A DNA stretch of 64,000 nucleotides from an uncultured virus (IMG/VR IMGVR_UViG_3300028553_000005). Lineage: Duplodnaviria > Heunggongvirae > Uroviricota > Caudoviricetes. Position numbers and translations under genes: made by a program. Of the stretch, positions 19,545-29,652 are shown piece by piece. A model generated the notes under the pieces. That model saw nothing but the letters and a program-made list of their open reading frames with translations. It had not been told where the DNA came from and made no database searches. How positions within the stretch are numbered: the first letter of the stretch is position 1; each line of letters opens with the position of its first letter. The DNA lies in the IMG/VR virus record IMGVR_UViG_3300028553_000005, positions 1 through 64,000 of that record. The stretch is one strand, 5' to 3'.

Positions 19545-20935
19545 ACTTTAAATCCACTAAATGATTTCTTTGGTCTATCTTCTCTGGTACCAAATGTGTT
19601 CAAAGGCTTATCGTGGCCAGCATCTGCGATACCCATTTGTGCAGCCTGTTCAACATCATATAGTTTCATTTTGGATCTATCAACACCAAGAGTAAATCGT
19701 TTGTGGAATGTTGGATCATTATATCGATTCTTCAATTGTTTAACCATAATCTGACCAAGTTCTTCTAGTTCTTCAGAAGAAATCAAAGCGAACATCAAGT
19801 CTGCGGTGGCGGGAAGTCCGAACGACTCACTCGTATCCTCAAGTCCCGGATCACTGGAAGTAAATCCTGAGCGGGTAGTTTGTGTAGCAGATACAATAGG
19901 AACATTATACTCAACAGCAAGGCCACGTAATTCTTCTGCAATTGCTTTAACGTAGGTGTAGGAATTAATATTTGCGCCAGCCTTAATACGAGCAGAACAA
20001 CAAATATTGAGATAGTCAACAAATATAATGTCAGGTACAAAAGACCTCTTGAGATTAAGTTCATTTAATAGTGTCCTAAAATGAATAGTTGATGCTGAAG
20101 CGGTTGGATATTCTTTGATAATAAGTTTGCCTGTAGTCTTTTCACGGACACGATTAACTTTTTTATCATACATATCTTTTGGTAACTCAATCAAATCATC
20201 AATAGTAACATTCAATAGATTGGCATCAATTCGTTCTGCAATCTTTTCTTCACTCATTTCCAAAGTGATGTAAAGGACATTTTTACCCTGAACCATGCAC
20301 GAAGCAGCCACATGACACATAAAAAGAGATTTACCAACACCAGTCCCCGCCAAAGCAATGTTAAGCGTCTTAGCTGGTAAACCACCTTTTGTGATCTTGT
20401 TAAAGTAATCGAGGTCGAATGGGATTCGTTCCTCTTTTCTGTGATAGAATTCATATCGAGCATCTGAGTCCTGTAAGTAGTCATGGCCAACGGAGTTATC
20501 AAAACTTACTGCTAAAGCGTCCGATAATATCTTGGGAATCTGGCCTTTGTCGTGATTTTTATCTTTGCCATCGAGAATCGAAATAGACCCCAATACTGCG
20601 TTATATATGGCCTTCTCTTGACAGAATTTTTCGGTCTTATCAACAAGCCATTGAACCTCGGTTTCTGTAGACTTAATCTTTTCAATTTCGAGAAGATAGT
20701 CCTCGCATCTCTGAACTTCATCAGCTGTAAGATTTCTCTTTTCTTTGACGGCAATACTAAGTGCTTCAATCGTTGCCGTGTTATTGTAAGTCTCCGTGAA
20801 TGATGTAATTTCATTAAATAATGTTCTCTCTACATTATCACTAAAATATTCTGTCTTTAAAAATGGTAAAACTTTTCGTAAATATTCCTCATTGTAAACG
20901 AGGTTCTTCAATATCGTTTGTTCCAGCTTCATCAA
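19541..20935 (-). CDS. gp41: Replicative DNA helicase
   Basis: AGTGVGKS Walker A, VDYLNI, TSESFGLPATAD and KQLKNRY. Confidence 0.95.
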   Translation of the reverse strand: MMKLEQTILKNLVYNEEYLRKVLPFLKTEYFSDNVERTLFNEITSFTETYNNTATIEALSIAVKEKRNLTADEVQRCEDYLLEIEKIKSTETEVQWLVDKTEKFCQEKAIYNAVLGSISILDGKDKNHDKGQIPKILSDALAVSFDNSVGHDYLQDSDARYEFYHRKEERIPFDLDYFNKITKGGLPAKTLNIALAGTGVGKSLFMCHVAASCMVQGKNVLYITLEMSEEKIAERIDANLLNVTIDDLIELPKDMYDKKVNRVREKTTGKLIIKEYPTASASTIHFRTLLNELNLKRSFVPDIIFVDYLNICCSARIKAGANINSYTYVKAIAEELRGLAVEYNVPIVSATQTTRSGFTSSDPGLEDTSESFGLPATADLMFALISSEELEELGQIMVKQLKNRYNDPTFHKRFTLGVDRSKMKLYDVEQAAQMGIADAGHDKPLNTFGTREDRPKKSFSGFKV

Positions 20936-21212
20936 TTATTTCCTGTTCAATGTTACTACCCATAATTTCTACCAATAAATTACCAATGTAATTTTTAAAA
21001 TCAGTATCTTTTTCCAACTTTCTTGGCTTGTCTACTGTGGATTCTATCACATCATAAGCAAAAAGTAAATACACCTGTTGATCTTCTTCTTTAAATTTTA
21101 CCTTACCATATTTAAATGTGGTATTTTTATATGGACCATCTAAAAATTTAATGTGTACGGCAGTTTCATCATTTTTTGGGTAAATGAAACAGTAATCTAC
21201 TCCTTCAATCAT
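20889..21212 (-). CDS. Hypothetical protein, possible gp40-like
   Basis: Lies between uvsX and gp41 as gp40 does in T4; positional evidence only. Confidence 0.45.
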   Translation of the reverse strand: MIEGVDYCFIYPKNDETAVHIKFLDGPYKNTTFKYGKVKFKEEDQQVYLLFAYDVIESTVDKPRKLEKDTDFKNYIGNLLVEIMGSNIEQEIIDEAGTNDIEEPRLQ

Positions 21213-21447
21213 CTTTCACCTCGTCAAATCTTTTTTCTTGTATGGTTTTTTCTCTCCACACTTTTCTGGGGTTACCACACATTACACAATCAGGATTACC
21301 ACAGTCCATCGCATGATGTTTGGCGAATTTGTGTGGTTCATCCACCGGCATACCATGTGATTTGGCAATCTTAGTTTGTTTTTTAATTTGATTTTGAGTT
21401 TTTTGAATACGCTTGGAATGTTTTAATTTAGCATCTTCATTACTCAT
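21205..21447 (-). CDS. Small basic hypothetical protein
   Basis: HHAMDCGNPDCVMCGNPR Cys/His cluster; start set to MSNED. Confidence 0.55.
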   Translation of the reverse strand: MSNEDAKLKHSKRIQKTQNQIKKQTKIAKSHGMPVDEPHKFAKHHAMDCGNPDCVMCGNPRKVWREKTIQEKRFDEVKDD

Positions 21448-22522
21448 TCTCAGTCCCATTCATGGTAACAATCTCATCAAATAAATTATCAACACCGCCT
21501 TGCATAATTTCACCAGCTGCAATTTGATATTTGTCCGTTACATAATCTTGAAACTTTTTACTGGTGATAATAGGCATCCAAAAATCTTTGGTGTCTGTTT
21601 CTTTTATTCTATATTTCTTTGCTTCTATTTCACCGGTAGAAATATCAACTCTACTGTACCACCCGTTAGAAGGCTTAACGACAAGGCCTGAATCAAGTGC
21701 CAAATCAAGTAAGCCTGACCACCGGCTAACACCCCCATCAAAAGAAACAGTAACAGGAATTTTAGATTTTTCTTTAACATAGCGTGATTTCTCCACGTTA
21801 ATTATGAAGTTGTAACCAACAACCTCTGTGCCTTCTTTTTCTTGCTGGCGACCAATAATAAAAATGTTGTCAGCTGAATAATATGAACCTGTTCCACCAC
21901 CAACGATATCTTTAGGGAACATACCAATCTCTTTATATGTATGATTTACCACAATCATTGGAACATCTTTCATTGTGAGATGCGGTGTCACCATGCGAAA
22001 TAAACTTTTAACTTGTTTGGCACGGGACATATCGGCAACTGATTTACCTTCTAGAGCATCTTCAACTTCTTTCTTTGAAGCCAAATTACCAATTGAATCG
22101 ATAACAATAATCAACCTATCACCTCTTTCGAGATTGGTTAACTGTTGCATGATATCAAATTTTAATTGTTCAATATCAGTAAGAGGTGTATGTAGAACTC
22201 TGTTGGTATCAATACCAAAGCTATCAAAATAAGACTGAGGAGTACCAAACTCAGAATCATAGAATAATAACGCTGCATCATCATATTTGTCCAAATAACT
22301 TTTTGCCATTAGTAAACTAAAAGCAGTTTTAAAATGTTTAGATGGGCCGGCCCACATTGTAAGACCTGGTGTTAGGCCTCCATCTAAACGACCAGAAAGC
22401 GCCACATTAATAATTGGCACAGATGTCGGAATCATATCCTTTTGTGTAAAGAATTTCGATTTAGAAAGAATTGCTGATTCTTTAATACTACTATTTTTTT
22501 TAATTTTATCTAATATACTCAT
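21440..22522 (-). CDS. uvsX: RecA-like recombinase
   Basis: AGPSKHFKT, FYDSEFG, DSIGNLASKKE and VNHTY. Confidence 0.95.
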   Translation of the reverse strand: MSILDKIKKNSSIKESAILSKSKFFTQKDMIPTSVPIINVALSGRLDGGLTPGLTMWAGPSKHFKTAFSLLMAKSYLDKYDDAALLFYDSEFGTPQSYFDSFGIDTNRVLHTPLTDIEQLKFDIMQQLTNLERGDRLIIVIDSIGNLASKKEVEDALEGKSVADMSRAKQVKSLFRMVTPHLTMKDVPMIVVNHTYKEIGMFPKDIVGGGTGSYYSADNIFIIGRQQEKEGTEVVGYNFIINVEKSRYVKEKSKIPVTVSFDGGVSRWSGLLDLALDSGLVVKPSNGWYSRVDISTGEIEAKKYRIKETDTKDFWMPIITSKKFQDYVTDKYQIAAGEIMQGGVDNLFDEIVTMNGTENE

Positions 22523-22531
22523 AACATTCCT

Positions 22532-23542
22532 TTAAAAGTCACCACCATCCAATTTAACTTGTTTTGCTTTTTTTTCTTTTTCTTTAAAAGCAAATTCTTC
22601 TTCATAATCATACTTAGGTTCTAATTTTTTAACTGGTTGTTCCGCTTCATGAAATTCCGTGTAAACACCTGGTGATTGATGCACCGTTAATGGAGGTATA
22701 GTTTCTCCTGAAGCCGCATCAATTACAATTTCTTTTTGTTCATTTTCGTCAATTGAAGTAATATTGTTTTTAGGTATTTCAACTCTATCATTCTCTATTT
22801 CTTCGTCCGGTTTCTTTTCAGTAAATACCGGAACATCTGGTACAACAGTAATGATTTCTTCTTTTTTATCAGTTATACCATTTCTTTGTTGTAATGACAT
22901 ATTTGCTGCTATCAATAATAACACAGCTAAGGGGTCAAATACAACCATTATTAACAATATTACCAAACGAACTGCTTTGTCAATGGCATTGTTATCTTCA
23001 GTTCCATATACCATATCACCAATATACTTAATAGGACCAACTTCGGCAATTAACTTATTTTCCTCTTTAAGAAGTGGCAATTTTCTTTTGTTAATATCTG
23101 TCAATTCTTTTTGTGTTTGTTGAATTTGTTTATCAACATTGGCTGATGCCGTTTCTGGATTACCAGCACGTTTCAGTAAATAATCTAAACGTTCTTTCGC
23201 AATCTTTTCTTGTTGATTGAGTGTTCGTATTTCAACCGAGTTTGCACCAGCTTCTAGTGTGGAATCTATGTGAGCTTTCGATAAGAATCCAAAAATACCC
23301 ATACTGGTAATTATCATTAATATAACAACAGCGGATGTCAAATAAGATTTTAATAAAAGTGGGCAGGTTTTCCAATTACGATATAACCATGATGCAGTAA
23401 CTAATTTACTCATCTCAAGAACCGAACCCATAAAAACGATTGGCCAAAATGCTCCGGTAAAAATTGCAGCCAATCCAATAATCGAATAGTAAGCTGCAAT
23501 ACCAGATAACAATAATGCTGATAATAATGTTAGAATAATCAT
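22532..23542 (-). CDS. Multi-pass membrane protein with coiled coil
   Basis: Three N-terminal TMs, GIFGFLSKAH, EVGPIKY and VFDPLAV; start MIILTLL overlaps the gp43 stop. Confidence 0.65.
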   Translation of the reverse strand: MIILTLLSALLLSGIAAYYSIIGLAAIFTGAFWPIVFMGSVLEMSKLVTASWLYRNWKTCPLLLKSYLTSAVVILMIITSMGIFGFLSKAHIDSTLEAGANSVEIRTLNQQEKIAKERLDYLLKRAGNPETASANVDKQIQQTQKELTDINKRKLPLLKEENKLIAEVGPIKYIGDMVYGTEDNNAIDKAVRLVILLIMVVFDPLAVLLLIAANMSLQQRNGITDKKEEIITVVPDVPVFTEKKPDEEIENDRVEIPKNNITSIDENEQKEIVIDAASGETIPPLTVHQSPGVYTEFHEAEQPVKKLEPKYDYEEEFAFKEKEKKAKQVKLDGGDF

Positions 23543-26073
23543 GAGAAGAAATCCTCTATTGAACTTGTTTTTTCTACTCGCCAACCCATGCAATCAAGAA
23601 TTACTTTGATTGGTTCTAGGAATGCTTTTTCAAACTGCATATCATAATCAATATACTGTTGCAATTCAAACTCTTTTGGTAAACGAGATGGATAAGAAAT
23701 AACAGTATCTTTAAATGGATTTGGCATCTTTAGATAGGTGAATTTAACTTTTTCACCCTCTTGAATGAGTGGATATTTTTTGGTTAGATTTTTTAAATTT
23801 AAATTATGATTATAAAGAATAGCACCTTTAACATGAATTGGTGTTCCTTTTTTATATAAAGACAATGAATCAGAATAAGTATTTAGACCATTGAGTCCAC
23901 GAGGAAATGAAATTTCTTCGACAGGTAGTTTTTTAAATTCTTTTCTAAAATCTTCAATGAATTTGTGGATATCATTCTCTGTGCCACTCACCATTAATTG
24001 AATTGCTTCTTTCATTTTCTCACGAATAGCGGAAGGTGTGGAAGATTTAATCATCTCTAGACCCATGACTTTCATCTGTGGTTCTTTGTATTGTACACCT
24101 TCGTTATTATAGACATTCAAAATATATCGTTTCTTGGCAGTCCAGATACCTTTGTTAGAAAGGCCTTCTCGTTTCATTTCCATTTTTTGGGAAAATGCAC
24201 ACACATATTCTGCAAGTTCCTGATAACTTTTATCAATAAAAGGTTGAATTTTATCTTCACAAACACGATCCATGATGGAGATAACTTTAGTAATTTCTGT
24301 TTTTGTTTTAACAATACTATCAACCAATGGGCCAAGGTTGAGATAAATCGAATCTGTATCCGATGCAATAACATAATCTTTCTCACTCTTTAATAATTTA
24401 TTCATGTAATCGTTAATTTTATTTTCGATCCAACGAATACTTAATTGGCCAGCAGTAGTGACGCCAAGAGCCATCCGCAAATCGTAGAAACGGAAATACT
24501 GACTACCCAAAGCACCATAAGCAGAGTTGAGAGATACTTTTTTTGCCAACTGAATGTTGTTATATTTGGCGATTCGTTTCTCAATTTCATATTTCTTCGA
24601 GCTATCTGTTTCATTTTCATATTCCTGTTTTGCTTGTAACATCAACTTCTTAAACTTACTTCTGTCTGTATACATTTCTTCCATCATCTTAGGCAAGAAA
24701 CCTTGAAAATCAGTGCGAAAGAATTGGCCATTAGGTGTTAGTGTTGCACCTTTTAATTTTGAAGTATCAATTCCTTTTTTCAAAAGTCCATCAACAGAAA
24801 CGCCTTGTGAAAGAATCTCACGCATTTCATCTGTATAATTCTCTGGTTCAATGAGTGTTTCGGGTGAGATATTATACTGCATCATCAAATGTGGATATAG
24901 AGAGTTCAAATCAAATGAAGCAACCCAATTATGGAGACCAACTTGCGGTACTTTAACATAGGCACCTTCAAATGCTGCATCTTTATCTTTGACTACTCGT
25001 GGTGGAACAATAATATCTTTATCACGGAGATAAGAATATGTTAGAGCGTCCCACATACGAGTTTGAGCAAACACATCTTCAAAGTTTGATTTGGTATCGT
25101 ATGCAAGAGTTACTGCCAGTTCAAGCAGTTTTAATTTATCTTCAAGTTTGATAATGAGTTCAACGTCTTTAATGTTGTACTCAATAAACTTTTGAAAGTT
25201 TAATCGATACAAAGAATGAAGGTTATCATATTCATCATATGCAATCTTGCCTTCACCAAGTTCTACTTGTGCGATATTATCCAAACGATATGACTCTTGT
25301 GACTTACCACCCGGTGCGTACCATTTGTATAGTTCAATGTAATCAAGTGAAGATAGTCCAACAAGTGTGTAATCAATCAACTGTCGATTGTTTACATATG
25401 CTTTGCGTTCTGTAATGAAATTCCATGGTGATAGTTTCTTGACTTCATCGTCACCTAGAATCTTGCGAAAACGATTGATGAGATATGGTATATCAAAGAA
25501 CTTGGTGTTCCAGCCAGTTACGATATCTGGATATTTGTCTTTCCAAAACTCAAGAAATTTCTTACAAAGATTGTATTCATCTTTACAACGAATATAGATT
25601 TCACCTTCTTCAACTTGATATTCACCACAGCCAAATACGATTGGTTTGCCATTGAGAAATTTTAAACAGATTGCTGTGATGGGTTCGTTTGCTTCGTATG
25701 GATCAGGAAAGCCATTCTCAGAACCGACTTCAATATCGATTACAGCGATTGATACTTTTTCATAATCATAATCAACCATACCTTGATGTTGGTCGGCAAT
25801 AAAGGCATATTCAAATCGAGTTTGGCCATAAATCTTTGATGCACTAGAAACACCTTCAAATTGTTTGATATAATCTCTGGCTGTTTTGATTGATGGAAAC
25901 TTTTTCTCGTCTAGGTAATCACCCTCAAGACTTGTGAAGTTGGTGATTTTTTTGGATGGCAAAAACAAAGATGGAGCATACTCAACCTTTGTCTTTATTT
26001 TCTTGCCGTTTTGTATTCCACGATAGAGTATGTTGCCACCGATACTCTGCACATTAGTATAAAAATTACTCAA
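23539..26073 (-). CDS. gp43: Family B DNA polymerase
   Basis: DIEV exonuclease motif, SFDLNSLYP, KKVSLNSAYG and DTDS; probable TTG start at 26073. Confidence 0.97.
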   Translation of the reverse strand: MSNFYTNVQSIGGNILYRGIQNGKKIKTKVEYAPSLFLPSKKITNFTSLEGDYLDEKKFPSIKTARDYIKQFEGVSSASKIYGQTRFEYAFIADQHQGMVDYDYEKVSIAVIDIEVGSENGFPDPYEANEPITAICLKFLNGKPIVFGCGEYQVEEGEIYIRCKDEYNLCKKFLEFWKDKYPDIVTGWNTKFFDIPYLINRFRKILGDDEVKKLSPWNFITERKAYVNNRQLIDYTLVGLSSLDYIELYKWYAPGGKSQESYRLDNIAQVELGEGKIAYDEYDNLHSLYRLNFQKFIEYNIKDVELIIKLEDKLKLLELAVTLAYDTKSNFEDVFAQTRMWDALTYSYLRDKDIIVPPRVVKDKDAAFEGAYVKVPQVGLHNWVASFDLNSLYPHLMMQYNISPETLIEPENYTDEMREILSQGVSVDGLLKKGIDTSKLKGATLTPNGQFFRTDFQGFLPKMMEEMYTDRSKFKKLMLQAKQEYENETDSSKKYEIEKRIAKYNNIQLAKKVSLNSAYGALGSQYFRFYDLRMALGVTTAGQLSIRWIENKINDYMNKLLKSEKDYVIASDTDSIYLNLGPLVDSIVKTKTEITKVISIMDRVCEDKIQPFIDKSYQELAEYVCAFSQKMEMKREGLSNKGIWTAKKRYILNVYNNEGVQYKEPQMKVMGLEMIKSSTPSAIREKMKEAIQLMVSGTENDIHKFIEDFRKEFKKLPVEEISFPRGLNGLNTYSDSLSLYKKGTPIHVKGAILYNHNLNLKNLTKKYPLIQEGEKVKFTYLKMPNPFKDTVISYPSRLPKEFELQQYIDYDMQFEKAFLEPIKVILDCMGWRVEKTSSIEDFFS

Positions 26074-26834
26074 TCTTTTTCTTTCGTCCAATGCACAATT
26101 TGCCATGTGCCGTCATGATGTTCCACTAAAGCGGTGCAAGATTCTACCCAATCACCGTCATTCATATACAATATACCATTCAACTCTTTTATTTCTGCAT
26201 GATGAATATGACCACATATTACACCATCAAATCCTTTTTTCTTACAATATTCTGAAATATTCTTTTCAAATCCTAATAAAAAATCAACAGATGATTTGAC
26301 TTTATATTTTAGATACTTGGAAAGTGACCAATAACCTAGTCCAAACTTACGGCGAAAAGAATTAAAGGCCGAATTCCAGTTTAAGACCATATCATACAAC
26401 TTATCACCAAGAAAGGCAAGCCATGGTGCTATTTTTGAAATACCATCAAACAAATCTCCGTGAGTTACCAGAAATCTTTTGCCATTTGCATCAATATGTT
26501 CTGTCTGATTACATATTTGAATAGAACCAAAACTTAAATCATATGGTATCATTGGTCGTAAAAATTCATCATGATTACCGGCCACATAAACCACACGAGT
26601 ACCTCTTTTTGCGTGGCCAAGAATTCTTCTAACCACATTTGAATGTGATTGTTTCCAACGCCATTTGTTTTGTTGAATTTTCCAAGCATCAATAATATCA
26701 CCAATAAGATAGAGTGTATCACAAGTATTGTGCTTTAAAAAATTATTAAGTTTTTCTGCTTGGCAATCTCTGGTACCGAGGTGAACATCGGAAATAAAGA
26801 TACTACGATAGGTTTTTATTTCGGTCATATTCAA
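26070..26834 (-). CDS. UDP-2,3-diacylglucosamine hydrolase-like metallophosphoesterase
   Basis: SDVHLG, GDIID, GNHD, HGD, GHIH and NDGDWVES. Confidence 0.85.
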   Translation of the reverse strand: MNMTEIKTYRSIFISDVHLGTRDCQAEKLNNFLKHNTCDTLYLIGDIIDAWKIQQNKWRWKQSHSNVVRRILGHAKRGTRVVYVAGNHDEFLRPMIPYDLSFGSIQICNQTEHIDANGKRFLVTHGDLFDGISKIAPWLAFLGDKLYDMVLNWNSAFNSFRRKFGLGYWSLSKYLKYKVKSSVDFLLGFEKNISEYCKKKGFDGVICGHIHHAEIKELNGILYMNDGDWVESCTALVEHHDGTWQIVHWTKEKD

Positions 26835-26991
26835 TGATCCATTGTAGAGCGTCTGATAGCTCTGTGTAAAGAGGTGACTTCGGTGTATTATTTAGGGTGA
26901 ACCATTGATAATTTAATGACTCTTTAATATCCCAAGAACTATTCTCTTTATCCCATTTTGCGGTACGAATGATTGATTTTTCTAGTACCAT
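26803..26991 (-). CDS. Hypothetical protein
   Basis: 62 aa ORF overlapping both neighbours. Confidence 0.5.
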   Translation of the reverse strand: MVLEKSIIRTAKWDKENSSWDIKESLNYQWFTLNNTPKSPLYTELSDALQWIIEYDRNKNLS

Positions 26992-27305
26992 TAACCTGTA
27001 ATTAGTGATTTGGTTGGAGGAACAACGATTCCAGAACCAAAGATTGAATTGTAATTATTAATAAAATCTTCTGCTGGATTGTAGGAGTATACTACATTTT
27101 TCTTACTGATGGCAAGCGTGGCACCAGTTTTTTGTTCGGCATGTAATGGAAATGGTGAAAAACCAATGTTTGGTTGACCAGTTTTTGGATCTCGTACAAT
27201 AGAGATACCGACTGGGTTTTCAATGACAAATTCAGTTTCCGATTCGGATTCAATTTCACCCAAAACTTCTTCTCCGGTAATGAGTTTCATAGCCAGTATC
27301 TTCAT
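26991..27305 (-). CDS. Hypothetical protein (Sm-like fold candidate)
   Basis: KLITGEEVLG N-terminus and FGSGIVVP C-terminus; AAGG RBS. Confidence 0.6.
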   Translation of the reverse strand: MKILAMKLITGEEVLGEIESESETEFVIENPVGISIVRDPKTGQPNIGFSPFPLHAEQKTGATLAISKKNVVYSYNPAEDFINNYNSIFGSGIVVPPTKSLITG

Positions 27306-27332
27306 ATTTTTACCTTTTCTTTAATGATTTCT

Positions 27333-27340
27333 TATAAATA
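27333..27340 (+). promoter_or_regulatory. T4-type late promoter TATAAATA
   Basis: Exact consensus upstream of the plus-strand island. Confidence 0.7.
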
Positions 27341-27359
27341 AGTATGTAGTTGAATTGAA

Positions 27360-27388
27360 ATTCTATCTGATTTATCTCTCCATGTCAA
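27360..27388 (-). promoter_or_regulatory. sigma70 promoter for the polymerase operon
   Basis: TTGACA-17 nt-TAGAAT. Confidence 0.7.
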
Positions 27389-27443
27389 CCTGACATTCGG
27401 TATTCTTTATTATTCTTCCTATAACACAACTAAAAGAAACCAA

Positions 27444-27884
27444 ATGGCTGACCCTATTGTTGCCGGCGCCCAAAGTGCCGTTAATACCCTCAAAGCTGCT
27501 CAAGGAGCAAGCAAACAATTAAGCGCTGTGGTTACCGACCAACAAGCGGATATGGAAAAGGCTGTTCAACAACAGCATGTCCAAAGATTGAAGGCCAAAG
27601 CGGAACAAGAATATTTGGCCACAATGGCAGAGTTTAAGGCTTACGAAAAATATCAAAAAGAAAAAGCTCACCAACGAAAAGTTGATGAATTAAAACTGGA
27701 AGCTATTAAAAAATATGGTAAAACTGCTTGGGCTGAGATTGAAGCAACCAAAGCAAAAATGGAAAAAGATAGAGCTGATGAATTAAAATACATGGATAAA
27801 GACAGAAATAGACAAGCTCAATTATTTTGGTGGTGTATGACGGCTGCAGCTTTGGTAACATATTTTTTTAAGTTATATAAATGA
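27444..27884 (+). CDS. Coiled-coil protein with C-terminal membrane anchor
   Basis: Ala/Gln/Lys-rich helix ending LFWWCMTAAALVTYFF. Confidence 0.65.
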   Translation: MADPIVAGAQSAVNTLKAAQGASKQLSAVVTDQQADMEKAVQQQHVQRLKAKAEQEYLATMAEFKAYEKYQKEKAHQRKVDELKLEAIKKYGKTAWAEIEATKAKMEKDRADELKYMDKDRNRQAQLFWWCMTAAALVTYFFKLYK

Positions 27885-27964
27885 ATATGCAACCAATCGT
27901 TTTCATACTTATTCTTATATTCTGCTTATGTTTAATGGTAATTGAATCAGGAGTGGTTAAATAA
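27881..27964 (+). CDS. 27-aa single-TM micropeptide
   Basis: MNMQPIVFILILIFCLCLMVIESGVVK; ATGA overlap with upstream gene. Confidence 0.5.
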   Translation: MNMQPIVFILILIFCLCLMVIESGVVK

Positions 27965-27984
27965 ATAACTGAAATGGAGGTATT

Positions 27985-28074
27985 ATGAATAAATTGCCGC
28001 AAGTAATATTTGCAATTGTATTGATTGGTAGTTTGACTCTTATGGCACTAGAAGCTATATCTAAAATATCCTAA
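27985..28074 (+). CDS. 29-aa single-TM micropeptide
   Basis: MNKLPQVIFAIVLIGSLTLMALEAISKIS; GGAGG RBS. Confidence 0.55.
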   Translation: MNKLPQVIFAIVLIGSLTLMALEAISKIS

Positions 28075-28166
28075 ATAAGTAATGTCAATAATTCATCCAA
28101 TAGATTTTTGGGTATATCTTATACTCAACTGTTGGTTTTTTCCACACACACTTTTGAAACACACCA

Positions 28167-28874
28167 ATGAACGAACTAATTTATGTCCTAGTAACAACTC
28201 ATCTAACAATCATCGCCGTAACTCTATATCTACACCGTAGTCAAACTCACTTATCGGTTACATTTCATCCAGCAGTAAATCATTTCTTTCGTTTTTGGTT
28301 GTGGATGACCACAGGTATGGTCACAAAACAATGGGTGGCTATTCACCGTAAGCATCACAGTATGACTGACCAAAAAGGTGATCCACATTCACCTCAATTA
28401 TTTGGTATATGGAAAGTTTTATTTGGCGGAGCTTTATTATATAACACAGCATCCAAGGATGAATTGATGGTTAATTCGTTTGGCAGAGGAACACCAGATG
28501 ATTGGTTAGAGAAAAACCTTTACAGCAAACATTCCCGTCTAGGAATTACTTTGTTATTGCTAATAAATTTACTTTGTTTTTCGTGGTGGGGATTATTAAC
28601 TTGGGGAATTCAAATGATATGGATTCCGTTTTGGGCTGCTGGTGTAGTCAATGGAATCGGCCACTATTGGGGGTATAGAAATGTCGAAACAAGAGAATCA
28701 TCTAGAAATGTTTTCCCTATTGGTCTTATTATTGGTGGCGAAGAGCTTCATAATAATCACCATGCTGATGCTGGTTCCGCCAAGCTTAGTAGGAAATGGT
28801 TTGAAATAGATGCAGGTTGGTTCTATATTAAACTATTAGAAAAATTCAGATTAGCCAAACTAAGCGTTAAATGA
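28167..28874 (+). CDS. Membrane fatty-acid (delta-9 type) desaturase
   Basis: His boxes HRSQTH, HRKHH and HNNHH; also DPHSP. Confidence 0.9.
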   Translation: MNELIYVLVTTHLTIIAVTLYLHRSQTHLSVTFHPAVNHFFRFWLWMTTGMVTKQWVAIHRKHHSMTDQKGDPHSPQLFGIWKVLFGGALLYNTASKDELMVNSFGRGTPDDWLEKNLYSKHSRLGITLLLLINLLCFSWWGLLTWGIQMIWIPFWAAGVVNGIGHYWGYRNVETRESSRNVFPIGLIIGGEELHNNHHADAGSAKLSRKWFEIDAGWFYIKLLEKFRLAKLSVK

Positions 28875-29183
28875 AGAACCACATCCACAAGTAGATTTAG
28901 CATTTGGATTAATAATTACAAATTGTGAATTAAACTTTTCCTCTTTATAGTCTAATGTTGCGCCTTGTAGATATTGAGATGATATCATATCAACAATTAC
29001 TTTGATACCTTCATTCTCAATGACAAAATCATCTTCTGCAACTTCCTCATCAAATGTAAATCCGTATTGATAACCAGAACATCCACCACCTTGCACAAAC
29101 ATTCGTAATGCACCATTTGGTAATTTTTCTTCTACCAATAAATCTCTTACTTTGTTTATTGCACTATCAGTGATTTGAATCAT
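28860..29183 (-). CDS. erpA: Fe-S cluster insertion protein (ErpA/IscA family)
   Basis: GGGCSG and [14 protein letters not shown]. Confidence 0.9.
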   Translation of the reverse strand: MIQITDSAINKVRDLLVEEKLPNGALRMFVQGGGCSGYQYGFTFDEEVAEDDFVIENEGIKVIVDMISSQYLQGATLDYKEEKFNSQFVIINPNAKSTCGCGSSFNA

Positions 29184-29334
29184 TTAATTTTCCTATTCGT
29201 TTAAATTCTTCATCTTCAGCTATTGCATCATCAATATCTTTTGGTTCAGGTGGCTGTGCACCAGTGCATGAACCTCCATTATTAAACCATAACTCTAAAG
29301 CTTGTTGACGATACTTCTCTAAATCGGATGTCAT
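29167..29334 (-). CDS. Hypothetical 55-aa protein
   Basis: [25 protein letters not shown]...; ATGA overlap with upstream ORF. Confidence 0.45.
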   Translation of the reverse strand: MTSDLEKYRQQALELWFNNGGSCTGAQPPEPKDIDDAIAEDEEFKRIGKLNDSNH

Positions 29335-29474
29335 CTACCTCTACCTGCCTTTCGCATTACAGTCATCTTAGGAACAAATGTTTGTTTTGGTTTTGGTGTT
29401 GATGGAGTTTTTGGTTTAGGAATAGTGTGAATCTCAATTGGTGAAACTCCACCTTTGGTTTTTGGCTGTGTCAT
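29331..29474 (-). CDS. Hypothetical 47-aa Lys/Pro-rich peptide
   Basis: MTQPKTKGG...RKAGRGR; AAGGAG RBS right after the tRNA. Confidence 0.5.
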   Translation of the reverse strand: MTQPKTKGGVSPIEIHTIPKPKTPSTPKPKQTFVPKMTVMRKAGRGR

Positions 29475-29487
29475 AATATCTCCTTAT

Positions 29488-29562
29488 TGGTTGCGGGGGA
29501 AGGAATCGAACCTACGGCCCCTGGATTATGAGTCCAATGCTCTACCTCTGAGCTACCCCGCT
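29488..29562 (-). tRNA. tRNA-Met(CAU) with initiator-like acceptor stem
   Basis: AGCGGGG...CTCATAA...GGTTCGATTCC...CCCCGCAACCA; cloverleaf with encoded CCA. Confidence 0.85.
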
Positions 29563-29652
29563 ATAATTATATATATCAAAAACTAAAATTACTTTTTTGA
29601 ATCTTGAGAATGGCAAAAAAATTTTCGGAGGCTCCGAACATCCAACCATTTT

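Noticed and set aside
23539..26106. Intein or intron in gp43, also considered for gp41, gp17 and uvsX
   Set aside because: ORFs are continuous, of ordinary length and without splicing motifs; the track's N-terminal extension is an upstream-start artefact
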